Part shown: in pieces, positions 44,573-54,650 of the stretch
Numbering within the stretch: position 1 is the first letter of the stretch
How the letters are laid out: every line of letters starts with the position of its first letter
Source of the DNA: a virus
Virus record (IMG/VR): IMGVR_UViG_3300017763_000005
Coordinates: 33,607-97,606 of that record
Reading direction: 5' to 3' (one strand)
Length of the DNA: 64,000 nt
Notes under the pieces: generated by a model
What the model was told of the DNA's origin: nothing
What the model saw: only the letters and a program-made list of their open reading frames with translations
Database searches by the model: none
Made by a program: the position numbers and the translations under genes

Positions 44573-44578
44573 GTATTT

Positions 44579-45049
44579 TTATTTAAATTCAAAATTGGTG
44601 TATGCAAAAGTTACATCCATTTGCACATATTCGATACTCTCTGCTTGAGCGTCAAATTCTATTGCAGACATACTTGTTGGAAATACATCTTTAAACAATA
44701 CTTCTTTTATAACATTATTATGAGAAGTTAGTATTAAAAGGGTAGCGTCAACTTTAAAATCTTCTGCATTTGTAGATTGAGCTATATTGTGCATCCAATC
44801 GAGAGTTTCAATATAGTTTTCTAAGTTTTCTGTAACGTTAACTCTTAAAGCTAAGTCTTCAAATTCGAGCCTATCACCTGTAAATCCTAATGTGACTCCG
44901 CGATACCCTTGCTCAGTTTGATTAACTGAGATACCTGGTAATGTAGCTCCTACTGCAAAATACTCTAAGTTAGGATATGTAGTACTGTCAATTTTAAATT
45001 GAAACCCTACTGGGCTTAAGAAATTCTTATTTGTAGTTAATGTTGCCAT
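44579..45049 (-). CDS. 3: Tail completion/tube terminator protein (gp3-like)
   Basis: NFLSPVGF, LPGI, GDRLEF, DATLLILTS, FPTSM; late box at 45055-45062. Confidence 0.8.
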   Translation of the reverse strand: MATLTTNKNFLSPVGFQFKIDSTTYPNLEYFAVGATLPGISVNQTEQGYRGVTLGFTGDRLEFEDLALRVNVTENLENYIETLDWMHNIAQSTNAEDFKVDATLLILTSHNNVIKEVLFKDVFPTSMSAIEFDAQAESIEYVQMDVTFAYTNFEFK

Positions 45050-45081
45050 ATATCTATTTATACACCTTAAAATGTTAAGAT

Positions 45082-45110
45082 AAAGAAAAGGGGTCTAAAA
45101 AGACCCCTTT
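45082..45110 (-). terminator. Rho-independent terminator after gp23
   Basis: AAAGGGGTCT-TTTT-AGACCCCTTT followed by TCTTT. Confidence 0.85.
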
Positions 45111-45132
45111 AAGATGAGTGTTTAACTCTGGC

Positions 45133-46458
45133 TTACACCATGATGTCGTCAACTCTGAAGATTCTAAAGTACTGGTTAGCACGGTTAGTACCTGTGCCAT
45201 CAGCAGCTACGAATGGATTTGCAACCATACCGTATCTTGTTTTGAATCCCATTCTTGGTTGGAAATCGTTCTCACCCACTGCTTTAACCATTGTTAAAGG
45301 TACGTAAGGACAATAGAACATACCAGCATCATACGGGTTAGTTCCTCTATATCCAACACAAACGAAGTCAGTAGTTGCATATGGATCGATGTACACCTTG
45401 ATTCTTCCATTTAGAAGACCAGCAAAAGTATTACCAGTATCATCAACGTTTAAGTTTGCACTTAAAGCAGGTGTGTAATCTAGCATGCCAGCGGCAGCTA
45501 AAGCTGAAGCAACGTCTGAAGAACAGATAACAAAGTTACCTTTTCCACGTCTTGTTTCTTTAGCGATTATGTTACATTCTCTCTCAATCTGCATGATAAG
45601 ACCTTTAAATCTTTCTACCATCCATCTTCCATCTGAGTCTGTGTTAACATCAAAAATACCACTTACAGCAGTAGAAGTTTGAAGAGCACCAATTTTAGCT
45701 TTTGTTAAAATTGTTCTTACAACTTCTCTGTTGATTTCAGCCAAGATTTCAGCTGAAAGGATATTAGCCAATTCGCCTTCAGCATCCAATCCGTGGATTG
45801 CTTTAAGGTCTTGTGCTAATTCCATTGTGTACTCAGCTTTTAGAGCTCTTGACTTAGCTGTTACAGTTGATTTCTCAATTGAAAAAGCCATTTCGCCGAA
45901 AGAACCGTCGCCGGACTCGCCGACTCCCAATCTTTCTGCAGCTGATGTAGCAAGACCTGAACCGTGTGTTGACACTGTGTCAGCTTCGTCTGCTATTGTA
46001 CCGTCTGTATCAGCATCAGTAACACCTACTAGACCTGTTGGGTCAGCTTGATGAGTACCTGTTCCTGAGAAGTCAGTATCAGCTTCGTCAAATAGAGCTT
46101 CTGTTCCGCCCTGAGTTGAGTATTTTGATTTCATTGCAAAGATAAGTCCTGTAGGACCACTCATTGGCTGAACGCCAGCGATATCATAAGCAATTAAGTT
46201 AGGCATAGCTCTACGAACTAAAGAGATTAATACTGGATCAAAAGTTCCAATACTTCCACCACCAATGTTATTTGGCGCTGCAGCTTCAGAAATATAATTT
46301 CCTTGTGCTTGAGCTCTTTCTTCTTGTAGGGCAACCTCTTGGTTTTCTAACAATCTAGCTGTTACAGCTTTCTTGTATCTGTCGGAAATTTCAGGAGCTG
46401 ACTCGTGATCGAGAACAGGACCCCATTTTTCCATTAAGTTTTTATCTGCTTGAAACAT
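45133..46458 (-). CDS. 23: Major capsid protein (gp23)
   Basis: LISLVRRAMPNLIAYDIAGVQPM, KSRALKAEYT, FYCPYVPL, GFKTRYG. Confidence 0.98.
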   Translation of the reverse strand: MFQADKNLMEKWGPVLDHESAPEISDRYKKAVTARLLENQEVALQEERAQAQGNYISEAAAPNNIGGGSIGTFDPVLISLVRRAMPNLIAYDIAGVQPMSGPTGLIFAMKSKYSTQGGTEALFDEADTDFSGTGTHQADPTGLVGVTDADTDGTIADEADTVSTHGSGLATSAAERLGVGESGDGSFGEMAFSIEKSTVTAKSRALKAEYTMELAQDLKAIHGLDAEGELANILSAEILAEINREVVRTILTKAKIGALQTSTAVSGIFDVNTDSDGRWMVERFKGLIMQIERECNIIAKETRRGKGNFVICSSDVASALAAAGMLDYTPALSANLNVDDTGNTFAGLLNGRIKVYIDPYATTDFVCVGYRGTNPYDAGMFYCPYVPLTMVKAVGENDFQPRMGFKTRYGMVANPFVAADGTGTNRANQYFRIFRVDDIMV

Positions 46459-46476
46459 TTCTGTTTTCCCCTATAT

Positions 46477-47649
46477 TTACTTTGTGAAATTAGTTATAGC
46501 TTGAGTGTATTTAGACATAGACTCTGATGATACTTCTTCTGAAATATTATCTTCGCCTAAAAGACTATCAACTTCGTCCACTGATTCGTCAGTCTCATTT
46601 TTGAAGTATGACTCTTTAACAGTTTTTACTTTCATTTCGAAAGTTTCTTTGTTATCGAATTCGATATCTTCTACTAATGATGCTAATTTCTCAGCTTCAG
46701 TTTCTGCAAGCCCTGATGATTGTTCTCTTACTACTTCTTGCTTTTCAAAGTTTTGAACAGCTTCATGTAATTTGATATTATCATCTGTGGTTTTATTTAA
46801 AGTCTCTTCTAGCTCAGTGACTTGTTCGTTGAGTTCATCAACTAAGTCTTCTTTAACTTCAGGTACTTCGATGTAGTGTTCTTTGAACACTGACTGAAGT
46901 GAAGTCATAAACTCTTCAGCAATTTCAGTCCTAAGACCTTGTTGAACTGCAAGTTCATTATCTTTCATCCATCCTTCAACTACGTAGTTAAGGTATGAAT
47001 CTACCTTCTCTACTAATGAAGATTGTACTTCTGATACTTCTTCTTCTAAATTTTGCGCATATTCTGCTTCTAGCCTATCAATTTCTTGAGTTAACTTACT
47101 TGTAAGTACTGCCTCAAAAATGACAGATGCTTTATCACGGAATCCTTCGCTGAGTGTAGCTTCTTCTTTGATGATTGTATCCAAATCTTCATCAAAATCA
47201 ATTGCTTCAACTTTAGCTTTCGCTTTAGGATCTGCAACCTTCTTAACACCGCCATCTTTAGCAGCATCAGCTGATTTCACTGAATCTTCTTCACCATCAA
47301 TAGTTACTAACTTAGCAAACATTTTTTGCGCGTCTTCTTTTTTAGCCTTTTTAAGCATTTCAACTGCTGCTTGAATAACACCAGCTTTAGTTTTTGGAGT
47401 CTCGACTTTAGGAGCAGCTTCTTTCATCTCCTCTTCTTCGTCTTCGTCTTCATCTTCTTCAGCGTCTTCGTGTTTCTTCATGGCATTAACTTTTTTCTTG
47501 CCATAAGTCTCATCAAGAGTTTCTTCAGTTTCTTCTTCTTCCTCGTCTAAAATTGTTTCATTTTCAACGAGCTCTTCAGATTCTTGAAGTTGCTCTTCTT
47601 CAACAGTTTCTACTACTTCTTCAGCATTGTTTAAAACGTCGTCTGACAT
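46477..47649 (-). CDS. 22: Prohead core scaffold protein (gp22)
   Basis: Acidic coiled coil; IFEA, KVDSYLNYVVE.W, ESYF. Confidence 0.92.
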   Translation of the reverse strand: MSDDVLNNAEEVVETVEEEQLQESEELVENETILDEEEEETEETLDETYGKKKVNAMKKHEDAEEDEDEDEEEEMKEAAPKVETPKTKAGVIQAAVEMLKKAKKEDAQKMFAKLVTIDGEEDSVKSADAAKDGGVKKVADPKAKAKVEAIDFDEDLDTIIKEEATLSEGFRDKASVIFEAVLTSKLTQEIDRLEAEYAQNLEEEVSEVQSSLVEKVDSYLNYVVEGWMKDNELAVQQGLRTEIAEEFMTSLQSVFKEHYIEVPEVKEDLVDELNEQVTELEETLNKTTDDNIKLHEAVQNFEKQEVVREQSSGLAETEAEKLASLVEDIEFDNKETFEMKVKTVKESYFKNETDESVDEVDSLLGEDNISEEVSSESMSKYTQAITNFTK

Positions 47650-47658
47650 AGTATTCTC

Positions 47659-48318
47659 CTATGATTTTAGATTTAATTTAGAGAGGAAATTTTTAAAAGC
47701 TCTTATTTCAACATCTGGCGATGTTGGATTCTTTGCTGTCTTGATTTCAGTCTCAATTACTTCAATATCTTGTTGACGAATTAGCCCATTATCCCATACC
47801 CATTCAACACCTTCCATAACTCCATTTACAAATGCACTTGGAGCTGAAGGGTCTTGAACAATATCTACAGTTGATAACATAAAGTCATCTCCCACATATT
47901 GAGCGCCATTCTTCTGTACAAGACTTCCCATACCACGACTTGATACACCAAGCTTAACTCCACCTTCGAGCAGACCTTCGACGATCTGACCCATAGGAGT
48001 CTTTAAGATTGATGCCTTTCCTACAACATCATTTCCCTGCCAATGCAGATCTGTGATTTTGTGCGAAACTTTATCCAGGTTTACTGTTGGTCCTTCTGGA
48101 TGATTTAACTCTCCAACAGCTCTTCCTGTTTTAACTTGTTCGGTTACGTATTTTTCTACAGCCTTTTCAAGACTTTCTTTTGTGTAGATACGGCCGTTTC
48201 TGTTCTTTTTTTCCGATTGCATAAATACGCCTTCGATGTAATAGTTCTTAGTTCCATCTTTTTTGGCTTCGCAAATCGTTTCTAAATTGTTTTCTACGTA
48301 TTCTGTTATTAATTTCAT
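47659..48318 (-). CDS. 21: Prohead protease (gp21)
   Basis: NRNGRIY, GELNHP, GVSSRGMGS, DPSAP. Confidence 0.96.
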   Translation of the reverse strand: MKLITEYVENNLETICEAKKDGTKNYYIEGVFMQSEKKNRNGRIYTKESLEKAVEKYVTEQVKTGRAVGELNHPEGPTVNLDKVSHKITDLHWQGNDVVGKASILKTPMGQIVEGLLEGGVKLGVSSRGMGSLVQKNGAQYVGDDFMLSTVDIVQDPSAPSAFVNGVMEGVEWVWDNGLIRQQDIEVIETEIKTAKNPTSPDVEIRAFKNFLSKLNLKS

Positions 48319-48543
48319 TTAGATACCTAGTAATTTTAGCATATCATCTGCAGCTTTTTCAGCTTCTTTCTGATTCTTATAGTTATTGTCTAGAAGTTCT
48401 CCATCTACATACACAGAAAATTTTGTACCTTTTTTAGCAAGTACAACTTCTTTATCTTTTTTCTTACCAGCTTTAAAAGACTTAATTTTCTTTTCTCCGC
48501 TTGCAAGTTTAACTTTTTCTCTCAGCTCAACAAATGATAGCAT
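48319..48543 (-). CDS. Prohead core-region small protein
   Basis: MLSFVELRE N-terminus; position of gp67/gp68. Confidence 0.65.
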   Translation of the reverse strand: MLSFVELREKVKLASGEKKIKSFKAGKKKDKEVVLAKKGTKFSVYVDGELLDNNYKNQKEAEKAADDMLKLLGI

Positions 48544-48549
48544 GGATTA

Positions 48550-48729
48550 TTATCCTTGTGTTTCGTTTTCTTTCTCAGCGACTTTACGCTGAACCATTCC
48601 TGATGCTATTTCTATCTTCTTAGCATCAAGAGCTGCGGCCATTTTGTCAGCCATAAGAGTATTAAACTCTTTATTAGCCTTTACGTTATCGCCATCATTT
48701 AAGTTTTTAATCAATTCATTAATTGCCAT
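48550..48729 (-). CDS. Small prohead core-region protein (not in ORF track)
   Basis: MAINELIKNLNDGDNVKANKEFNTLMADKMAAALDAKKIEIA...; late box at 48750-48757. Confidence 0.7.
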   Translation of the reverse strand: MAINELIKNLNDGDNVKANKEFNTLMADKMAAALDAKKIEIASGMVQRKVAEKENETQG

Positions 48730-48760
48730 TTTTAAAATCCTTGTTTATATATTTATAAAA

Positions 48761-50269
48761 TTAATCGTCCCAGCGAGGGTCCTCATCGTCTGGAGCATCA
48801 AGTTTACCAGCTTTGGTTTCCTGATCAATTTGTTTCTCAATTTCCTCCAGCTCGTCATCACTAAATCTAAGTACGTTTTTACGTATCCACTCATTGGATA
48901 TATATTTACCAACGTATTCATCTAAAGATGATAACATATCAAATCTTTCTCTCATCATTTCTGCTTGTTTTAATTCTGAGAAATAATTATCTTCAATAAA
49001 ATTGAATACAATTTTTTCTTTCCAAATCTTCCAATCATCTTTTGTAATGATGCCTTTGAGTAAGAGTTGAGTTTTTAATAGTTGCATAAACAAATCAGAA
49101 AATCTTTTTCTTAATCTATCTATGAACTTCTTAAACTTTACTTCGTCTCGTGTAATCTCTGCTGTTCTGCCAAGATTGAATCCGGACTCTTGTTCTAAAC
49201 GATCAGTTGGAACATTAAGTGATTTATATAGTTTCTTTTGAAAATATATAATATCATCTATTTGTCCTAAGTTCTCGCCGCCTGGTAGCGTAGTGATTTC
49301 AGTACCTCTTCCACCTTCTCGTCTTGGTAAGAAGAAATCTTCTAACATACTCATATGTTTTCGATCATCTTTGATATCACCAGTCTTAGCATCATATACC
49401 AATTTGTTTCTATATTGATTCATAATACCTCTTAGGTATTCTTCGGCTTTACCTTTTGGTAAGTTACCAACATCAATATAAAATATCCTACGTTCTGGGG
49501 CACGTGATATTCTGTATATAACCAATGAATCTTCCATCATTCTAAGTTGATTCACTGGCTTTAATGCTTTATGTAAATAAGAAAGTATTCTTTTTCTACT
49601 TGGATCCATTATACCTGATGTACAATATGCAATTGCATCTGGATATATTTTAAGACCTTGATTAGCACCAACTGTTCCTTTATCTTGGAACATAAAGTAT
49701 TCATCTACTTTCTTAATAAGTTTAGCTCCTGTTTTAGGATCTGTTTTTTCTTCGATCTCTTTTACTTTACGTAATTTAGTAGGATCGATATATCTTAATT
49801 CTTGTATACCTTTTTTAGTATTACTTGTATCTACGATAATATGATAAGGTAATCTACCATCTACATACCATCTTCTAAATATATCATGTGCATAACTATT
49901 AAAGTTAAGCATTGAAAGAATCGCTTCAAATTCATTTTTTATTGATTCTTTAATTTTATCTGAAACTTCTAATTCATCTAATATAACGTTAACAGGTGAA
50001 TCATCATTGTCACCAACAATTGATTCATTAATAATATCTTCTACTGCAGCATCGCATTCGGGCTGTGAAGCTATATCTCTGTATTTCATTATAAGATCAT
50101 TATCATTCTTGGCCTTATCGCCGTCCATATCAATATATGCACCAAAATGACCTCCGGCCTGTATTACACCAGCGCCGTCTTCGTCCGTTCTCGGTACAAA
50201 AGACGGTAATTTCTTATCGTCTTCTTTATCTTTTTTTCTATTGATTTCAAAACCAAAAAATTCGGCCAT
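48761..50269 (-). CDS. 20: Portal protein (gp20)
   Basis: WYVDGR, YRISRAPERRIFYIDVGNLPK, LPRREGGRGTEI. Confidence 0.98.
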   Translation of the reverse strand: MAEFFGFEINRKKDKEDDKKLPSFVPRTDEDGAGVIQAGGHFGAYIDMDGDKAKNDNDLIMKYRDIASQPECDAAVEDIINESIVGDNDDSPVNVILDELEVSDKIKESIKNEFEAILSMLNFNSYAHDIFRRWYVDGRLPYHIIVDTSNTKKGIQELRYIDPTKLRKVKEIEEKTDPKTGAKLIKKVDEYFMFQDKGTVGANQGLKIYPDAIAYCTSGIMDPSRKRILSYLHKALKPVNQLRMMEDSLVIYRISRAPERRIFYIDVGNLPKGKAEEYLRGIMNQYRNKLVYDAKTGDIKDDRKHMSMLEDFFLPRREGGRGTEITTLPGGENLGQIDDIIYFQKKLYKSLNVPTDRLEQESGFNLGRTAEITRDEVKFKKFIDRLRKRFSDLFMQLLKTQLLLKGIITKDDWKIWKEKIVFNFIEDNYFSELKQAEMMRERFDMLSSLDEYVGKYISNEWIRKNVLRFSDDELEEIEKQIDQETKAGKLDAPDDEDPRWDD

Positions 50270-50289
50270 ATTTTTTCCTCACATTATCG

Positions 50290-50327
50290 GAGGGGACATT
50301 ACATCCCCTCGTCTAATATTATTTATA
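50290..50327 (-). promoter_or_regulatory. Late promoter and leader hairpin before gp20
   Basis: TATAAATA at 50320-50327; GAGGGGA/TCCCCTC stem. Confidence 0.65.
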
Positions 50328-50330
50328 TAC

Positions 50331-50858
50331 CTACGAAGTAGTGTTAGATTCCCAGTATTGTAACTGGAATTCTACTGTGAACTCTTCAATAGTATTTTCT
50401 GAATCATAACTTACTTCAATTTCAGAAATATTAGTAGGAAATAATCCTCTAAAATCATATCTCTTAGTTGGGTTACCTTCTTTATCCAATTGTTCAACAA
50501 TTGCATCAGCTTGGTAATCAGTAGGATTTGATAATCCTGTATTTTCATTATGATTATTAATACCATTCATCCGACGTTCCATCGAGTTACGAACTTCAAA
50601 CCCAACGTCATTAATGACTGTGATTGTCCAAGGTTCAAATGTTCTGTCTCCAGCTATTTGAAGTGTTCTACCTCTGAATAAAACAGGGATAGGTTCAATT
50701 ACTGAAGAAGGCATTTGAGCTGTTTTACACATAAATGATGTAAGTTCTACATCACCTTGCGCATAACTTGGATAGTTCATAGTTACCTTAAAAAGGTTGG
50801 ATCTTGCTCCACCGCCTACTAGTTTAGATTTAAAATCATCTACACCTAAAATTGCCAT
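50331..50858 (-). CDS. 19: Tail tube protein (gp19)
   Basis: GGARSNLF, FRGR, AGDRTF.PW, IEEFTVEF. Confidence 0.96.
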   Translation of the reverse strand: MAILGVDDFKSKLVGGGARSNLFKVTMNYPSYAQGDVELTSFMCKTAQMPSSVIEPIPVLFRGRTLQIAGDRTFEPWTITVINDVGFEVRNSMERRMNGINNHNENTGLSNPTDYQADAIVEQLDKEGNPTKRYDFRGLFPTNISEIEVSYDSENTIEEFTVEFQLQYWESNTTS

Positions 50859-50869
50859 GTCTTATCCTC

Positions 50870-52558
50870 CTATGAACCTGCAATCTCGGAGAATTCTACT
50901 CCGGATCGGGTTGCTACAAAGTTCAATGTTATGAAGTTAATAGATCTGTTTGGCTTGATAAAAATATCAGCTACAAATTTATTACCATCAACCACTTGAC
51001 TTGTGTTGTTAGTTTGATCACAGATTACTAAAAAGTCTGTGAGTCCACGTCTTCCTTTGACGTCTCTCAAGAACGGTTCAACTAAGTTTCTGAACTGTGC
51101 TCTTGTAAATTCGTCGTTAAATTCGAAGAGTTGCGCTTTAGCTGCTGTGCTAACCGCTTTCTCTAATGCAATAAAGAGTCTACGTACATTTATTCTGTCG
51201 AATGCTGAAGGTCTACTTAATAAAGTTTTGTCCCCAAATAGTAAAGTACCTTGTCCAGGTAATGATACTATAGGATTGACTCTTGCTTTATAAAGAGTAT
51301 CTCTGTCTGCTTTCTTAGGATTAAATGCTAATTTAGTTACTCCAAGAAGTTGACCTCTATTTACGCCTGCTGGAGAGAACCATGCATCTGCCACATTGTC
51401 TGTGTTAGCGCAAAGTCCTGCATGATGACCTGCAGCTCCAATATATCTGTATACGTCGTTATATTTGTCGTATACATATAAAGCTGTTGAGTCAACAGAA
51501 GCGTAAGATGTAGATGTTAAACCATCAGCAAATGCTTTCACATCAGCTGCAGGAGTTGAACTACCTACTGTGTCTTCTAATGGTGGAGATACAAAAGCCA
51601 TACAATCTTTTCTTGCGTTAACAATAGCTATTAAATCTTCTGCTATTGTCTCTGCGCCATTGGCGTCAGGAGTAGCAAATAATAGATTTACATCTACAGT
51701 GTCTGCATCTTCTAAAAGATCATATCCTAATGCGATCTCTCCAGTTGTTGGAGCATTATCGTCCGATCCACCCGCAAGTGAATGTTCGATAGCTGCGTTA
51801 TTGGTTGTCATTGATCCGGATTGAGAAGCTAATGTTTCTCCAGCATCAGATAAACTTGTATCATGATCAGCCCACCAAATATATTCGGATTGTGAATTAA
51901 TCACATCCTTATAAAAGTTTGATGTACCATCAGAATTTTTAGCATCTGAACCTTGCGATACAAATGCGAATGTTTCTAATACTGTTCCTGGTGTACCAGA
52001 TATAGCTCCATCTTCATCAACAACTGCTACATGCAGTTCGTCGTTTGCAGAAGTTTTACCTAGGTCTATCGCATATTGTGATGTCCCTGGTGCAGCATCA
52101 AAATTAGCAGAATATGTCCACCCTGAAAAGGATGTAATACCCTGTGTAACCATTGATACTTTTAAGCTATTACCTAACACGCCTGGATATTTAGCTACCC
52201 AGTTACCCTTACTTAGACTACCGTCAGCGTAATTATTATCATAGTCATCTTCATTCTTTATCAGCTGTCCTGAACCATCTGCAGTCGCGTTGTCGTGACC
52301 GGATGCTACTCGAACTACTTTTAGTGCGTTTCCATACTTTAAGAATGACGCTGCTACTAAAAAGTATTTTGCTGTATTGTCGTCCGGTGCACCAAATTTC
52401 TCGGCAAGTTCATTTTCAGAACTTACTGTCATTATTTGCTCCACAGGACCCCAGTTGAACGAGCCTGCAAATCCACCAATGCTGGTTGATACTGCTGGGA
52501 CTACATTCGTAGCGTCGATCTCATTGACCTGAACGCCTGGTGATACTTGAAATGCCAT
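50870..52558 (-). CDS. 18: Tail sheath protein (gp18)
   Basis: SPGV...E, WFSPAG.NRG, GDKT, FDRINVRRLF. Confidence 0.97.
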   Translation of the reverse strand: MAFQVSPGVQVNEIDATNVVPAVSTSIGGFAGSFNWGPVEQIMTVSSENELAEKFGAPDDNTAKYFLVAASFLKYGNALKVVRVASGHDNATADGSGQLIKNEDDYDNNYADGSLSKGNWVAKYPGVLGNSLKVSMVTQGITSFSGWTYSANFDAAPGTSQYAIDLGKTSANDELHVAVVDEDGAISGTPGTVLETFAFVSQGSDAKNSDGTSNFYKDVINSQSEYIWWADHDTSLSDAGETLASQSGSMTTNNAAIEHSLAGGSDDNAPTTGEIALGYDLLEDADTVDVNLLFATPDANGAETIAEDLIAIVNARKDCMAFVSPPLEDTVGSSTPAADVKAFADGLTSTSYASVDSTALYVYDKYNDVYRYIGAAGHHAGLCANTDNVADAWFSPAGVNRGQLLGVTKLAFNPKKADRDTLYKARVNPIVSLPGQGTLLFGDKTLLSRPSAFDRINVRRLFIALEKAVSTAAKAQLFEFNDEFTRAQFRNLVEPFLRDVKGRRGLTDFLVICDQTNNTSQVVDGNKFVADIFIKPNRSINFITLNFVATRSGVEFSEIAGS

Positions 52559-52619
52559 CGCTTTGTCCTCTATGTTTGAGTTAGTTAATATGTTTCATAA
52601 TACGAATATTCAATAGTAT

Positions 52620-52627
52620 TATTTATA
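52620..52627 (-). promoter_or_regulatory. T4-type late promoter
   Basis: TATAAATA upstream of gp18. Confidence 0.75.
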
Positions 52628-52642
52628 ATAAAGTAATCTTCA

Positions 52643-54256
52643 TTAGATGTTGCGTCCTGTCCATTCAGATTCAAACCATATATTACCATCATCACCTTTT
52701 ACACCTTGTTCTTTATTATCATAATTAATACTTTCTACATAACCGAATGGTAACATATCATCTTGAATTGCTTTTAATCTTTCCCTATATAACATATCTT
52801 TCATATCAATATTTGTTAGAGCTTCAAATACATCTGTAGAAGTAAACCAGGCAAACAATACTAAGTTCATCATTAAATCATCATGGTTTGGAGCAATAGC
52901 CATAAAGCTATTTCCTCTACTTACAAAAGTACTCATCTCTAAAATTGTTTGTGCATCATTAATTTTTAATTTTTTCTGTTCAATTAAATCTTTTATAGCT
53001 GAACAACCAATCCTTTTTACTCTTTTAGTCATATTAACACCAAGAGCATCTGCCTTTACGCTTGATTCAACAAACATATTTTCGTATTCTAAATCGTAAT
53101 ATAATCCATTACAAACAACTGAACCTTGGTCATTACTTTCTACAATGGTATAAGCCATATTATAAAAATTAGCATATTTGTATATAATATCTGGCAATAA
53201 CATTGGAGATATATTATTATCTCTAAAAATTGCAACTTGTTCAAATTGTTTTGATGATACATCTATTATTGTAAATGTGCTATAATCTTGTTGTCTTCCT
53301 TTTGCAACATCTACTGTCATGACATATTCATGATCTTCTATTGGTTGCTTATATATAAAAACATTCTCCTTAATAAACTCAGGTTCTATACTTACTTGAG
53401 CCAGTAAATAATTAGCATCTATTAATGTGTTGCCTCTTCCATGGAACGTATTACCAAATTCTTGTTCAAACTGCAACTCAGATGTATTATTAACTGTTTC
53501 TTCTTTCCATTTTTCATCTCTACCTGGTACATCCCACCAATCTACTCTAAATGGTTTAAATTCATTTGTATTTTGTACAGCACCTTCCCATAACTTATGG
53601 TATACATTACCTATACCGTTAGCTGTTGATGTAATAATAATTTGAGCATCTTTACCAGCTGATACAACAGGATAAGTTGAAGTATAAAATTGAGCATCAT
53701 TTTCAACAAATGCAAACTCATCTAAGAATAATAAGTTAATTGAAAGACCACGAATAGAACTACCAGTTGTAGCTGATGCTATTATTCTAGAATTATTACT
53801 AAACTCAACTGATCCTTTATTTAATGCTTTGCAGCCTGGTTGTAAAAAGAACGGCAAATTTTCTAAAGCTAATGTTATACGTGCTAACATTTCTCTTGCA
53901 ACAGCACCTTTGTTAGCTAATATAGCTATTGTTTTTTCTGGATGAAAACATGCATACCATAAGAGATATACAACTGATGATATTGACTTACCGCTTTGTC
54001 TACATGCTAATACAATACTAAAACGATTTTCATGAAAATGCTGAAACATTTTTTCTTGATATGGATATAAATCAAAATCAACTAATCCTTCATCTAAAGA
54101 AATAATTTTTATATAAGTGCGGGCAAAGTATGCAGGATCTTGCATACATTTTTGATATTCTAGGACTTCTTCTTTACTAAATTCAGTTTGGACGCCATCT
54201 CTCTTGACGTTTGGATTACCTAGATAACCGAATTCATTATTTTTTAACGTCGCCAT
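52643..54256 (-). CDS. 17: Terminase large subunit (gp17)
   Basis: YLGNPN, RQSGKS, LDEFAF, STANG, HDDL. Confidence 0.97.
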   Translation of the reverse strand: MATLKNNEFGYLGNPNVKRDGVQTEFSKEEVLEYQKCMQDPAYFARTYIKIISLDEGLVDFDLYPYQEKMFQHFHENRFSIVLACRQSGKSISSVVYLLWYACFHPEKTIAILANKGAVAREMLARITLALENLPFFLQPGCKALNKGSVEFSNNSRIIASATTGSSIRGLSINLLFLDEFAFVENDAQFYTSTYPVVSAGKDAQIIITSTANGIGNVYHKLWEGAVQNTNEFKPFRVDWWDVPGRDEKWKEETVNNTSELQFEQEFGNTFHGRGNTLIDANYLLAQVSIEPEFIKENVFIYKQPIEDHEYVMTVDVAKGRQQDYSTFTIIDVSSKQFEQVAIFRDNNISPMLLPDIIYKYANFYNMAYTIVESNDQGSVVCNGLYYDLEYENMFVESSVKADALGVNMTKRVKRIGCSAIKDLIEQKKLKINDAQTILEMSTFVSRGNSFMAIAPNHDDLMMNLVLFAWFTSTDVFEALTNIDMKDMLYRERLKAIQDDMLPFGYVESINYDNKEQGVKGDDGNIWFESEWTGRNI

Positions 54257-54650
54257 CTACTATTACATTATCTTTTTTTAATAATAATCTTTGTAAATCA
54301 GTTGTACTTCCTACAAACATATTATTATTTGTCACTTGTTTAGCTTCTTCCCTTTCGTCTTTAGTTAAGTCTTGCTTACTTTTTTGAAGGTCCATTAAGT
54401 TTTTAGTTACATCACCAAGATTTTTAATTGTTTGAGATAATACCTCAAACGCTCTTGGGTGTTCTGATTCTCTTGCTAACTCAGCAAGCACATCCATAGA
54501 TCTTGTACCTGTGTATATAAGATCTTTATATGTTTTACGAGAAAATTCATAATCATCTTTTATATCTTTATCAAGTTTTAGTGGTCTATCTTTTTTAACT
54601 ACTGGCAAATTCTTTTCTAATTTTGCTACTATTTTTTCTTTTTTATCCAT
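54237..54650 (-). CDS. 16: Terminase small subunit (gp16)
   Basis: DYEFSR, SEHPRAFEV, NNNMFVGSTTDLQ. Confidence 0.92.
   Translation of the reverse strand: MDKKEKIVAKLEKNLPVVKKDRPLKLDKDIKDDYEFSRKTYKDLIYTGTRSMDVLAELARESEHPRAFEVLSQTIKNLGDVTKNLMDLQKSKQDLTKDEREEAKQVTNNNMFVGSTTDLQRLLLKKDNVIVDGDVKK

Noticed and set aside
50568-50576. gp19 ERRMN where homologues usually have ERWMN (CGG vs TGG)
   Set aside because: A single-base difference, most simply a sequencing error or point variant; not evidence of recoding or editing
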